Of a stretch of 43,625 nucleotides of DNA, positions 1 through 9,631 are shown piece by piece. Source of the DNA: Candidatus Colimorpha enterica (GTDB lineage: Bacteria; Bacillota; Clostridia; Oscillospirales; CAG-272); the NCBI GenBank assembly GCA_000433515.1, contig FR891151.1, positions 1 to 43,625 on the forward strand, written 5' to 3'. Each line of letters opens with the position of its first letter. Within the stretch, counting starts at the first letter, position 1. A program made the translations under genes and the position numbers. Below the pieces are notes generated by a model. It had not been told where the DNA came from and searched no databases. It worked only from the letters and a program-made list of their open reading frames with translations.

Positions 1-16
1 TCAGAAAGGACTATTT

Positions 17-958
17 ATGAAAAAAATTTCAATTGTTCTGATCTGCTTGGCTATGGCATTTAGCATGTTTACTTTTTCCGGCTCTGCTCTCGGAGCCAAC
101 GGAAAAACGATTCATGCGGATATTGGAACGCCCACCATTGGCAACGGAGAAAAGGATCCCGCTTGGGATGTTGTGGCGGAAATTGCCGTAGTGGATACAT
201 CAGCTTGGGATACATCAGCTTGGAGCGGTGAGCCCGGGTGTGCTGCTATTGAAGATGCGGCGAAAATAATGTTTATGTATGATGCTACTAATCTTTACCT
301 CCATTACGAAGCGCCTATTGAAAACTTCGAAAACTCTGTTTTCCAGTTGCGTACCTCCCCGATTGAAATCAATAATCCCGTCGACCTGGGGTCGATTGAT
401 TTCGATCTGAAAAACAAGACCTGCAACAATGTTGCGGTAACGCCTTACTTCTATGAGGTGGATGGTGTGACCATGCTTGACATCGTCATTCCTTTTGAGA
501 TCGTCGGCATTTACGATCCCGCAGTCAACACGCCGCTGTATATTGAATTGCTAACCTATTTCAACGGCGGCTGGTTGGTATGGAGTATGAACAACGATGA
601 AGCAATTGCTTATGCCCACTGCACGGGAACGACCGCTTACGGAACCCTTCTTCTGTCTGAAGTACAGGCAAAGGAAACGGAAGCAACTGAGACGCCGGTA
701 CAGACGCTCTATCCTTCCGACGAAACAACCGAAGATAATAACTCTTCTGCCGAAGAATCGACCGACGCCACGAATACAACGAATCAGGATACGATTCCCG
801 GAGACACCTCTGAAAATAACGAAGATGAACCGAAGGCTACGACAGAAGCTTCCGATGACAACGCCTCAAAAAAACCTACTGGTTTGATTATTGGGATTGC
901 CGCGGCAGCAGTTGTGATGATTGCGGCAATCGTTATCATTATTCTCAAGAAGAAATAA
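17..958 (+). CDS. Secreted, membrane-anchored surface protein (possible CBM9/DOMON-like N-domain, acidic T/E/D/N-rich linker, C-terminal TM helix ending KKK)
   Basis: RBS-like AGGA upstream. N-terminal signal peptide MKKISIVLICLAMAFSMFTFSGSALG. Low-complexity ETEATETP...EDNNSSAEE linker. C-terminal hydrophobic GLIIGIAAAAVVMIAAIVIIIL followed by KKK. The domain family is only a guess. Confidence 0.6.
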   Translation: MKKISIVLICLAMAFSMFTFSGSALGANGKTIHADIGTPTIGNGEKDPAWDVVAEIAVVDTSAWDTSAWSGEPGCAAIEDAAKIMFMYDATNLYLHYEAPIENFENSVFQLRTSPIEINNPVDLGSIDFDLKNKTCNNVAVTPYFYEVDGVTMLDIVIPFEIVGIYDPAVNTPLYIELLTYFNGGWLVWSMNNDEAIAYAHCTGTTAYGTLLLSEVQAKETEATETPVQTLYPSDETTEDNNSSAEESTDATNTTNQDTIPGDTSENNEDEPKATTEASDDNASKKPTGLIIGIAAAAVVMIAAIVIIILKKK

Positions 959-976
959 TTTCGATTAGGATAACTT

Positions 977-1012
977 AAAGGAGGTCTCCCATATACGGAA
1001 GGCCTCCTTTTT
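977..1012 (+). terminator. Rho-independent terminator after the surface-protein gene
   Basis: The stem aaaggagg...cctccttt is followed by a T-run, immediately 3' of the stop at 958. Confidence 0.6.
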
Positions 1013-1267
1013 GAGTGGCAATGTTGCTGATTAGATTTCTTTGCTCGGGATGTCGCATTCTAACCGCGCCCAGCCGTGTGGGGCACTATCTTCCCTGATG
1101 CCTCCGTTAACGGTGGCAACAGGAAGAGACGGATAACGTGACGTAAGGATGTTTTGGTTTGATTTTCTCAATGATACTCATAACAATCCTTTTCTTTCTT
1201 CCCAATGGTCATTGAAATTGCATCAGCAAGGACGTTCTTGAAAAGGTGTTAACAACGGTAAAAGGAG

Positions 1268-2740
1268 TTAACGATTTTCATCCCTTTGCCCGAAAACGCT
1301 AAAATCAATGACACCCGGTATGATACCGTCCGGAGCGCCAAACAGCGTGAGGCGAACGCTTTCGCAGGTGATGGCAGGGAAGGTTCGGAAGTCACAGTTT
1401 CGGTCTTCGGTATTTTCGCGACAGTCAAGAAGGGTTACCCATTCGTCGAGATCATTATCTATGCATCCTTCCACGGTGTAACGAATCGGGCCGGGATATC
1501 GTCCTGCCTGATAATCCATTCCTATTTCACGAAAGAGAAGTCGTGCAGCTTGGACCCGATAGGGTGCTTGCAAGTGGACGGTAAGTGAAGGAAGTGGGTC
1601 GTCATTTGAGGGCTGCCAAAAGGTGAGCATGCTGTCGTCCAAAGCATAAAAACCTTCATGACCGGGAGCATGTGAGCTTACACGCGAAAAGGCGCGTTGA
1701 CGCGCTGTCAGACAGAAAAGACCGGTTCCGTTGTTGGCGACAGGATCGGCAGAGATGCCGGGGCCGAATTGCGGTGTGTTTGTAACACCGTGAGGGGCAT
1801 AGAGCTCTCCCTCTTTGTTGATGGCCAAAAGATCCATCCCGATGCGGCGCTCATAAATGTGCGAATAGGCGAGAGATATCGTGTAAAATGCCCACAAGGT
1901 ATCACGTGGTCCCTCGACGACACAACCGTGGCCCGCACCGCGAATCAGTCCGTGTCGGCTTTCCAAAATAGGATTGTTTTTTTGGAGTTGAAAGCCTTGT
2001 AGGGGGCCTTCATCTGAATAATAGGCGGCCATGCAGTAGCTACTGTATTCGGTACCCGATGATGCATAGATCAGATAGTAGCGTCCGTTCTTTTTGAGCA
2101 TCCACTGCCCTTCAATCCAGCCGGAGAGCGTGTCTTGTCGGTTTTCGCCAAAGTGCTCCCACTCATTTTTGTTGTCGAAAGAAAAGAGCGTGATCGGATC
2201 GGACAGGAGTTGCCGCGGATTGCTGGGATCCAGCTCAACACCATAGGTGCCGGTAGGAATCACATATTTGCGCGTTTCCTTTCCAAAATAGAATCCGTAG
2301 AGATATAAACGCCCGTCATCATCGACAAACAGCGCAGGATCAATCGGACAAAAAGGCTCGCCGCTCGGCAGAATAAAATCGCCCAAAAAGCGGAAGTCAC
2401 CAAGCGGGCTGTCGGATTCATATAAGCCGTTGGAATGGGAGGTCATCAGATATCGACCTTGAAAAGGCACCACGACGGGGCTGTATTTCATATTGTACGG
2501 TGTAGTCCTTACGTGCTTCCAGGTCACAAAATCCTCTGAGATCCATGCCATTCCATAGCTTGGATACAGATACCATTTTCCGTTTTCGTAAAGCACCGAG
2601 GGGTCGCTGACGGAACGGTAGTCACAAAGGGTTTCTTTCGTGTAATCCATAACATGAGGAGGATCTTCTCCTTTGGGACAGTCCGGCAAATTGAGGGGAT
2701 TACAATAGGTTTTTGTTTCGTTTAATTCTACATAAGGCAT
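1268..2740 (-). CDS. Glycoside hydrolase family 43 (beta-xylosidase/arabinofuranosidase-type five-bladed propeller) with C-terminal discoidin/F5-8-type-C-like domain
   Basis: 490-aa ORF with RBS AAGGAGA before the ATG. GH43-like blocks are present (DPSVLYENGKWYLYPS, DPALFVDDDGRLYLY, WIEGQWMLKKNGRYYLIYA). The C-terminal ~130 aa resemble a galactose-binding-like module. Confidence 0.8.
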   Translation of the reverse strand: MPYVELNETKTYCNPLNLPDCPKGEDPPHVMDYTKETLCDYRSVSDPSVLYENGKWYLYPSYGMAWISEDFVTWKHVRTTPYNMKYSPVVVPFQGRYLMTSHSNGLYESDSPLGDFRFLGDFILPSGEPFCPIDPALFVDDDGRLYLYGFYFGKETRKYVIPTGTYGVELDPSNPRQLLSDPITLFSFDNKNEWEHFGENRQDTLSGWIEGQWMLKKNGRYYLIYASSGTEYSSYCMAAYYSDEGPLQGFQLQKNNPILESRHGLIRGAGHGCVVEGPRDTLWAFYTISLAYSHIYERRIGMDLLAINKEGELYAPHGVTNTPQFGPGISADPVANNGTGLFCLTARQRAFSRVSSHAPGHEGFYALDDSMLTFWQPSNDDPLPSLTVHLQAPYRVQAARLLFREIGMDYQAGRYPGPIRYTVEGCIDNDLDEWVTLLDCRENTEDRNCDFRTFPAITCESVRLTLFGAPDGIIPGVIDFSVFGQRDENR

Positions 2741-2890
2741 AGTTTACTATCTCCTTTTGAAAGTTTTTGGGAATTAACGGGTGCCTATGTTTGGTATACC
2801 GTTGGATGATTGTTTTGTCATATGCTGTTGTGATAAAAACTATAGGTAAACCGTTCATTTCGGTCAATTTCAGGAACGATTTTAATTTTA

Positions 2891-4531
2891 TTGGTGGTAA
2901 TGATTATGGTAATTGAGTATAACTCGTTTCGTGTTTCAGAGGATGAGTCTTTGAATTTATACCATGCTCTTATGGCTTGCAAAGAACAGAAGGCGACCTG
3001 TCTTCGCTTTCGAAAGGATATATATCATTTTCGGGAGGAGTTTGCGGCAGAGTGTTCACTTTGCATGGCAAATCACGGAGAGAATGGCTTTAAGCGTACG
3101 GCATTTTTGTTAGAGCATATGGAGAATTTTGAAATCGACGGAGGAGGTAGCCATTTCGTTTTTGATTCGGTGATGAATATGATGACCGTATTGCACTGTC
3201 GTCATATCGTATTGCGGGATTTTACGGTTTCTATGCGGGGCTGCCCATATCCGCAAGGACAAGTAATTGCCGCGGATGAAAAGAGCTTCGATGTCGCTTT
3301 TTCCTACGAAAAGGAGTTGGTGTTACGAAAGGATGGTTTGTGGATTCCCTTCAAGGACCGAAGAGAGCTTGTTGTGTCAAATATCGAATTCAATGGTGAA
3401 AGTCACGAGATTGAAGTCGGCACCGGTGATCATTCGACGGGGATTTCGTTGAACGCATTATCCAAGAAAAAGATCGGCCCCAATACTTTTCGCTTTTTTG
3501 ATCCTCCGCGCGTTCCTTTGGTGGGAAATCGGTTGGTTTTAATGATTGGTAAGCGTTATGCCTCCGGCTTGTTTTTTGAAGATTCTGAAAACATTCTCCT
3601 ACAAAACATTACGATCCACAGCTGCATGGGAATCGCTGTGATGGCACAATGTTGCCATAATTTGACGATGCAAAAATGCTCGGTATCCTCGGAGGAAGGG
3701 CAATACATATCGGCAGGAGCGGATGCGACTCATTTTGTGGCTTGTACCGGGCAAATTGTCATTGAAGATTGCCTGTTTGAGCATATGCTGGATGACGCTT
3801 TGAATGTTCACGGAGTCTATGTTAAGATCCAGCGGGCAGAACCCGGGAGGGCTACTGTGAAATTTTGCAATTTGGCAACGACGGGTATTCCCCTATTCAA
3901 ACTGGGAGATCAAGTTTGTCAAATGAATGCGCGAACGCTGATTCCGGGCAGCGTTGTGACGGTCTCTGCAGTTCGCAGGATCAATAGCGAGATGACTGAG
4001 CTAACCTTTTTGGAGAATGAAACCTTAACGGAGGGTTTTGTTCTTGAAAATCTTACAACCTATCCTACGTTATATTTCCGGAGGTGCACGGTTCGAAACA
4101 ACCGTGCCAGAGGCGTGCTCATTGCGACACGACAACCTTGTGTGATTGAGGATTGTGATTTTCATACTGGCGGAAGTGCGATTGTCCTGGAGTGTGACGC
4201 TTCGTTTTGGTATGAATCGGGAGCAGTGAAGGACCTTACCGTTCGGGGTAATCGCTTTGACCGTTGCCGACACGCAACATGGGGGAAGGGTGTAATTTAT
4301 ATTCCATCTCGCAAAGCTTCCGTGTTCCGCCAGTATTATCATGGGAAAATTACTATTATCGAAAATACCTTTACCTCTTGCTATGATGATGTGTTGTTCG
4401 CTGATAATATCGCGGAATTGACTTATGCGGGGAATCGATCGAACGGTCAGCAGCTTTTGCATCTTTGCAACGTCGGTCAAGCACATTGCCAGAACGATGC
4501 TCAAATGATACCGCTTGCGACACCTATTTGA
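2891..4531 (+). CDS. Right-handed parallel beta-helix repeat protein (pectin-lyase fold; possible GH110-like glycosidase)
   Basis: 546-aa ORF with repeated beta-helix turns (NILLQNITIHSC, HNLTMQKCSVSS, NNRARGVLIAT, VIEDCDFH). The start is ambiguous (TTG 2891 or ATG 2900/2906). The family assignment is tentative. Confidence 0.55.
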   Translation: MVVMIMVIEYNSFRVSEDESLNLYHALMACKEQKATCLRFRKDIYHFREEFAAECSLCMANHGENGFKRTAFLLEHMENFEIDGGGSHFVFDSVMNMMTVLHCRHIVLRDFTVSMRGCPYPQGQVIAADEKSFDVAFSYEKELVLRKDGLWIPFKDRRELVVSNIEFNGESHEIEVGTGDHSTGISLNALSKKKIGPNTFRFFDPPRVPLVGNRLVLMIGKRYASGLFFEDSENILLQNITIHSCMGIAVMAQCCHNLTMQKCSVSSEEGQYISAGADATHFVACTGQIVIEDCLFEHMLDDALNVHGVYVKIQRAEPGRATVKFCNLATTGIPLFKLGDQVCQMNARTLIPGSVVTVSAVRRINSEMTELTFLENETLTEGFVLENLTTYPTLYFRRCTVRNNRARGVLIATRQPCVIEDCDFHTGGSAIVLECDASFWYESGAVKDLTVRGNRFDRCRHATWGKGVIYIPSRKASVFRQYYHGKITIIENTFTSCYDDVLFADNIAELTYAGNRSNGQQLLHLCNVGQAHCQNDAQMIPLATPI

Positions 4532-4746
4532 GTGCTGTAAACAGCCATCTTGAGCACGAAACACACGGGAGCCAGGCAATTCTTGTGTTTCTTATGCGGC
4601 GACGCGCCAAGCCAAGAACCTTCGAAACGGCGTTTTATTTCATTTGCTAAAATCTTGAAAAGAACGAAATTTGACTTATGAATTTGAATCGTATTTCCAA
4701 GCAGAAATGTTTTGATCTATATTGTTTGAAAGGAAATATTAAAACG

Positions 4747-5318
4747 ATGAAAACTGTAAAAGAAAAGTATTTGGTTGTCGGCGCCGACTTTGCCGGCTAC
4801 CTCTGAAGGAAGCCGTTTGCGCGCACCTACGCGAGAAGGGCTGGAAGATCGAGGATCTGGGCGTCACCAAGGACAGCGATCCCGATGATACCGAGAATAT
4901 GTTCCATCGCGTCGGACTTCGCGTCGGCGCTCAGATCTCGGAAGGAAACTACGAAAGAGCACTCCTCTTCTGCGGCACCGGTATGGGTATTCATATCGCC
5001 GCCAGCAAGTGTCCCCATGTCCATGCCGGCGTTGTCGAGAGCGTTCCCGCCGCTTTGCGTGCCATCACCGGTAACGGTGTCAATGTCCTCGCAATGGGCG
5101 CCTTCTATGTCGCTCCCGCCATGGGCTGTGACATCGCCGACGCCTACCTGAGCGCCAACCTCGGCTCGGGCTACGAGTGGTGGTACAACTTCTATGAGTT
5201 CCACAAGCTCGCTATCGATGAGCTCGAAGCCTTCAACTATGAGGAATATAAAAAGAACGGCTTCAAGATGGAGCACCTTGGTGACTTCCCGCTGAAGCTC
5301 GAAAAGAAACCGGAATAA
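4747..5318 (+). pseudogene. RpiB/LacA/LacB-family sugar-phosphate isomerase, split by a 1-nt frameshift near 4798-4806
   Basis: ATG 4747 gives MKTVKEKYLVVGADFAGYL and stops at TGA 4804-4806. The -1 frame continues PLKEAVCAHLREKGWKIEDLGV...LLFCGTGMGIHIAASK to 5318. Restoring one C in tac-c(c)t-ctg joins both parts into a typical RpiB-like protein. Confidence 0.75.
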
Positions 5319-5504
5319 CTCCGCTGAATGATTGAGAAACTAATTTCAATCTTCTCTTCAGGTTTGCTGCTTAATATTCCGTTTCCCCTACAAAGAGAAC
5401 GAAAGACGGGGTTTATCAAAAGTAAGCCGGGCATACTTGTATGAACAATCGCTCACAAGAGCATTTCAACCAGAATTTGACAAAAACAGGAGGCTTTGTG
5501 AAGA

Positions 5505-7733
5505 ATGAAGGCAGAGCAGTTACAGGAAAAAATTGAAGATCTGTTGCCGAATCCAAACGAGGGTTATATAAAAAACGGCGGAAGAGTCACAATTCCAACG
5601 GACAACAATTATTTTGTAGAAACGAAAAGGATAGCAGAAAAATGGGGGGCCGATGCCGTACGTAATTGTGACGGCACACATCTTCCCGCAAATGCAAGCG
5701 AGCTTGCCGAAAAGGTTTACGGAACCTATTTTGTTGTCAGAGGAGATAATGAATGGGCCGACAGTCATCCCGAGGAACTTCAAAACGTTCTTTTGATGAG
5801 CGAACGAAAGACGGCCAGGGATGAGAACCTGCAGATCGATCTTTTGGAGGGTTATTTTGATGAACAGCTCAAGGTGAATCCAACGGATTACCGAAAGTAT
5901 TGGCAGGTGTTTGACAGAACCACAGGACAAGAGCATGCGAACTGGTCCTACGACGGGAATCGGATGGTTACGATCAATGATCCCATCGCATTCCATGAAT
6001 ATACGGTCAATTTCTTTGCCTATAATATGTGGGACAGCACACAAATGTACAACTACCTGACCAACGATTGGAATACGGAAAAGCATAAAGTTTTTGATCC
6101 GCGATATGAACAGACTCACGCACATATCGAAAGCAATTTGCGCAGTTGGCTGAAGCGCAACGATCAGGTTAACGTAGTGCGCTTTACGACATTTCTCTAT
6201 CATTTCTTTCTCGTTTTTGGAGATAATAAAAAAGAAAAGCATGTAGATTGGTTTGGTTATCCGATGTCGGCAAGCCCCAAAGCTTTCGAGGATTTCAGAA
6301 ATCAATACGGTTATGAGCTGAAAAGTGAGGACATTGTTGACGGCGGCTATTATCACAATCATTTCCGGCTTCCCACAAAAGCATTTTCCGACTATATGGA
6401 GTACACGCAAAAATATGTAGCGAAGACCATTTCACAGCTTGTAGATATTGTTCATCAAGAAGGAAAAGAAGCCATGATGTTTCTTGGGGATAGTTGGATT
6501 GGCGCGGAGCCTTATGGGAAACATTTTGCGGATATCCATCTTGATTCGGTCGTAGGAAGCGTTGGAGGCGGTGTAACTGTGAGAATGCTCTCGGAGATTC
6601 CTCATGTAAAATATCGTGAGGGAAGAATGTTGCCATACTTTTTTACAGACACCTTTTTTGATGGCAATGAAGAGAATGCACTTGCGGAGCTAAACAAAAA
6701 CTGGAGAAATGCCAGACGTGCTCTTATGAGAAAGCCGCTTGATCGCATCGGTTATGGTGGTTACCTCTCACTTGCTGCTAAGTTCCCGACGTTCATTGAT
6801 CGCGTAGGAGAAATTTGTGAGGAATTCAGAACCATATACCAAACAGTAGATAACAAGAAGCCCTATTGCCATGTGAGGGTTGGTATTCTGAATGCATGGG
6901 GCAAGTTGAGAAGATGGATGAGCCATATGGTTGCACATGAGCTTTGGTATCAGCAGATATATTCTTATCAAGGACTTTTGGAGAGCTTGTCAGGCTTGCC
7001 GGTAGATGTGTCGTTTCTTTCGTTTGATGATGTGAAGAACGGTGTGCCGAGTGACATCGATGTTCTGATCAATGTGGGCGCGGCATATACAGCATTTTCC
7101 GGTGGGGAAGCATGGCGTGACGAAAAACTGGTATCGGCCGTGCGCCGTTTTGTGCATGAGGGTGGCGGTTTTGTCGGAATTGGAGAGCCGTCGGCTTGCG
7201 AGCATGGCGGACACTATTTTCAACTTGCCGATGTTATGGGTGTGGATCAGGAAAGAGGTCTGTCGATTTCGGAGGATAAATATAACATAATTCGGGTAGA
7301 CCACGAAATTACCGAAGATGCTTTTCCCATGGATTACGGAGAGGATGTTAAAAACATTTATGCTTTGAAGGGTGCGCGTGTGCTGGACATTGTTTTCTCC
7401 GATCGAGTAACAAGGGATGTCAATGTGGGAGAAGTTAAAATGGCAACCAATGAATATGGTGACGGAAGAAGCTTTTATGTCACAGGTCTCCCGTACAGTT
7501 TAAAAAACGCCAGAGTGTTATATAAGGCGCTTTGCTGGGTAGCTAAGAAGGATCTGAGAATTTGCTACTGTACCAACAAAACGGTCGATTGCCACTACTA
7601 TCCTTCCGGTGGCAAATATGCAATTGTCAATCATAGCACCGACGAACAGCAAACGGAATTCTATGATATTGACGGTTTTTGCCGTTCGGTATCCCTTGCT
7701 CCTCTCGAAATAAAGTATATAAAAAATGAATAA
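5505..7733 (+). CDS. GH112 phosphorylase (1,3-beta-galactosyl-N-acetylhexosamine / galactosyl-rhamnose phosphorylase family)
   Basis: 742-aa ORF. It carries blocks I recognise from lacto-N-biose phosphorylase: WGADAVRNCDGTH, HEYTVNFFAYNMWD, YNYLTNDW, VVRFTTFLYHF, KEAMMFLGDSWIGAEPY, GGYLSLAAKFP and GLPYS. RBS is CAGGAGG. Confidence 0.9.
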   Translation: MKAEQLQEKIEDLLPNPNEGYIKNGGRVTIPTDNNYFVETKRIAEKWGADAVRNCDGTHLPANASELAEKVYGTYFVVRGDNEWADSHPEELQNVLLMSERKTARDENLQIDLLEGYFDEQLKVNPTDYRKYWQVFDRTTGQEHANWSYDGNRMVTINDPIAFHEYTVNFFAYNMWDSTQMYNYLTNDWNTEKHKVFDPRYEQTHAHIESNLRSWLKRNDQVNVVRFTTFLYHFFLVFGDNKKEKHVDWFGYPMSASPKAFEDFRNQYGYELKSEDIVDGGYYHNHFRLPTKAFSDYMEYTQKYVAKTISQLVDIVHQEGKEAMMFLGDSWIGAEPYGKHFADIHLDSVVGSVGGGVTVRMLSEIPHVKYREGRMLPYFFTDTFFDGNEENALAELNKNWRNARRALMRKPLDRIGYGGYLSLAAKFPTFIDRVGEICEEFRTIYQTVDNKKPYCHVRVGILNAWGKLRRWMSHMVAHELWYQQIYSYQGLLESLSGLPVDVSFLSFDDVKNGVPSDIDVLINVGAAYTAFSGGEAWRDEKLVSAVRRFVHEGGGFVGIGEPSACEHGGHYFQLADVMGVDQERGLSISEDKYNIIRVDHEITEDAFPMDYGEDVKNIYALKGARVLDIVFSDRVTRDVNVGEVKMATNEYGDGRSFYVTGLPYSLKNARVLYKALCWVAKKDLRICYCTNKTVDCHYYPSGGKYAIVNHSTDEQQTEFYDIDGFCRSVSLAPLEIKYIKNE

Positions 7734-7804
7734 AAAGTTTTCTTGGAGCTTTCAAAAACGTTAAACAGCGAAAAACTGCGTTTTTCGCAGGGTGATATAA
7801 AAAA

Positions 7805-7822
7805 GCACTGCCGAAGCAGTGC
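7805..7822. repeat. Left copy of the 18-bp target-site duplication (hairpin GCACTGC-CGAA-GCAGTGC)
   Basis: Identical to 9450-9467 and abuts the left inverted repeat of the IS. Confidence 0.85.
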
Positions 7823-9449
7823 TCAGATCACTGACAAAGGGCACAGAACGAGAGTTCTGAGCCCTTTGACCTTTACAAAGGAACAAAAAAGCAGTATAAT
7901 AGTAGTATAAAAGGAACAAAAAGAAGCCCGGAGGGACAGCGATGTTTACGGAAAGAAGCGTGAAGCAGGTCAGGCTTGAGATAGTAGTATTGGAAGAGCT
8001 CGTACCACAGGATCACCTGTTGAGAAAGATTGATGCGAGCATAGATTTCAGCTTTATCAACAGGATCTGCAAGCCGTATTACTGCGAGAATAACGGACGC
8101 CCTGCTATCGAGCCGGAGGTTCTTTTCCGTATGCTGTTCATAGGATATTTGTACGGTATCCGCAGCGAAATAAGGCTGCTGAAGGAGATCGAGGTGAACG
8201 TAGCCTACCGGTGGTTCATCGGATACGATCTGACCGAAAAGCTGCCCGATGTAAGCGTGATCTGGCAGAACAGACTCCGCAGATACAAGAACAGCGATGT
8301 TCCTCAACAGATATTCGATGAGATCGTTCGACAGGCAATGGCAAAGGGACTTGTGGGAGGAAAGATTCTGTATTCGGACAGTACACACCTGAAAGCCAAT
8401 GCAAACAAGAATAAGTTTGTGGAAAAGCAAGCTGAGGTTGAAGCTAAGGAATACATCGATGATCTGAATAAAGCGATCAACGAAGACCGCGCCGCACACG
8501 GCAAAAAGCCTTTCAGATTCGACGGCGATGAGGTCAAAGAAGAGAGCGGGGAAGAAAAAGAGAACTACTTTGACAATGACAGTCAGAGCAGCAAGAGCGG
8601 CGGAAGCGGTGAGATAAAGACAGTAAAGGCGAGTACAACAGACCCCGACAGCGGATTTATGCACAGAGACGGCAAACCGCAGGGCTTCTTCTATCTTGAC
8701 CACAGAACCGTAGACAGCAGGCATAACATCATCACCGACGTATTCGTAACACCCGGAAACACAAACGACGTAAAGCCTTATCTCGGAAGACTCAGAACAC
8801 AGATCGACAAATTTGGATTTGACGTAAAATAAGTAGGACTTGACGCAGGCTACAACGTTTCAAACATCTGCAAATATCTCTGCTACATGGGAATACAGGC
8901 GGCAATGGACAAGCGCCGCGGCTGCCAACAGAAAGGAAAATACGGAAAGTACAAATTCACTTACATACCCGAATGGGACGTATATATCTGCCCGGAGCAT
9001 AAGTATCTGGAATACGTAACCACAGACAGAAACGGTTACAAGGAATATAAGTGCAAGGGCGACAGATGAGCAAATTGTCCGAGACGGGAGGAATGTTTAA
9101 GTGCGAAGCAGGAAAGAAAGAACTTACGCCGTCACGTATGGGAAAATTACAAGGATATGGCGTATGCCTTTACCCATACGGAAAAGGGTAAGAACATTTA
9201 CAAGAGAAGAAAGGAAACGGTGGAACGCAGCTTTTCCGATTCCAAAGAATTACATGGCCTCCGTTATTGCCGTATGCGGGGGCTTTCTAAGGTTGCCGAG
9301 CAGTGCCTCCTCACTGCCGCCGTGCAGAATATGAAGAAAATCGCCTCCCTCTGCCGGAGGCATATCTTCAATTCCTTCGTGTTCTTTCTCTGCTTTCACA
9401 AAAATCAAAGCCCCTCTCTTGCCTGAGACGGGCTTTGTCAGTGATCTGA
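7823..9449 (+). mobile_element. IS1182-family (IS5-superfamily-like) insertion sequence, 1627 bp
   Basis: Terminal inverted repeats are tcagatcactgacaaag (7823-7839) and its complement (9433-9449). It is flanked by 18-bp direct repeats and contains one transposase reading frame. Confidence 0.85.
7942..9426 (+). pseudogene. IS1182-family DDE transposase interrupted by two in-frame stop codons (TAA 8830-8832, TGA 9067-9069)
   Basis: ORFs 7942-8832, 8887-9069 and 9157-9426 are all in one frame. The translation reads continuously through ...FGFDVK*VGLDAGYNV... and ...[14 protein letters not shown].... Family motifs are present ([45 protein letters not shown]). Confidence 0.85.
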
Positions 9450-9467
9450 GCACTGCCGAAGCAGTGC
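9450..9467. repeat. Right copy of the 18-bp target-site duplication, followed by the T-run of the original terminator
   Basis: gcactgccgaagcagtgc followed by tttttt. Joining the flanks reconstructs an aaaaaa-hairpin-tttttt bidirectional terminator 3' of the GH112 gene. Confidence 0.85.
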
Positions 9468-9529
9468 TTTTTTATGGTCTTGCTTGCCACGAAAAACGAA
9501 ATTTTTCACAAATCAAGGTTCTTGAAGGT

Positions 9530-9559
9530 CAAGGGAACTTCTTGCAAGAAGTTCCCTTG
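9530..9559. repeat. Perfect 30-bp palindrome caagggaacttcttg/caagaagttcccttg
   Basis: Read directly. The second half is the exact reverse complement of the first, with no loop. Confidence 0.9.
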
Positions 9560-9577
9560 CGGGTGCAGGACGGCGCC

Positions 9578-9631
9578 CTGCGTTTTTCGCAGAGGGATAT
9601 TCAAAAAAGCACTTCCGTAGCGGTGCTTTTT
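9578..9631. repeat. Second copy of a two-hairpin intergenic module (ctgcgtttttcgcag ... aaaaaagcacNNccgNagcNgtgcttttt)
   Basis: It aligns by eye at roughly 85 percent identity with 7776-7822 plus the T-run at 9468-9473. Confidence 0.7.

Noticed and set aside
4795-4806. Programmed frameshifting in the RpiB-like gene.
   Set aside because: There is no slippery heptamer or downstream stimulatory structure at the junction. A one-base loss in a short C-run is sufficient to explain the split.
8830-9069. Idea that the TAA and TGA inside the transposase reflect stop-codon reassignment or programmed readthrough.
   Set aside because: Neighbouring, well-supported genes terminate at TAA and TGA at the expected protein ends. 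Two point mutations in a decaying IS are the simpler explanation.
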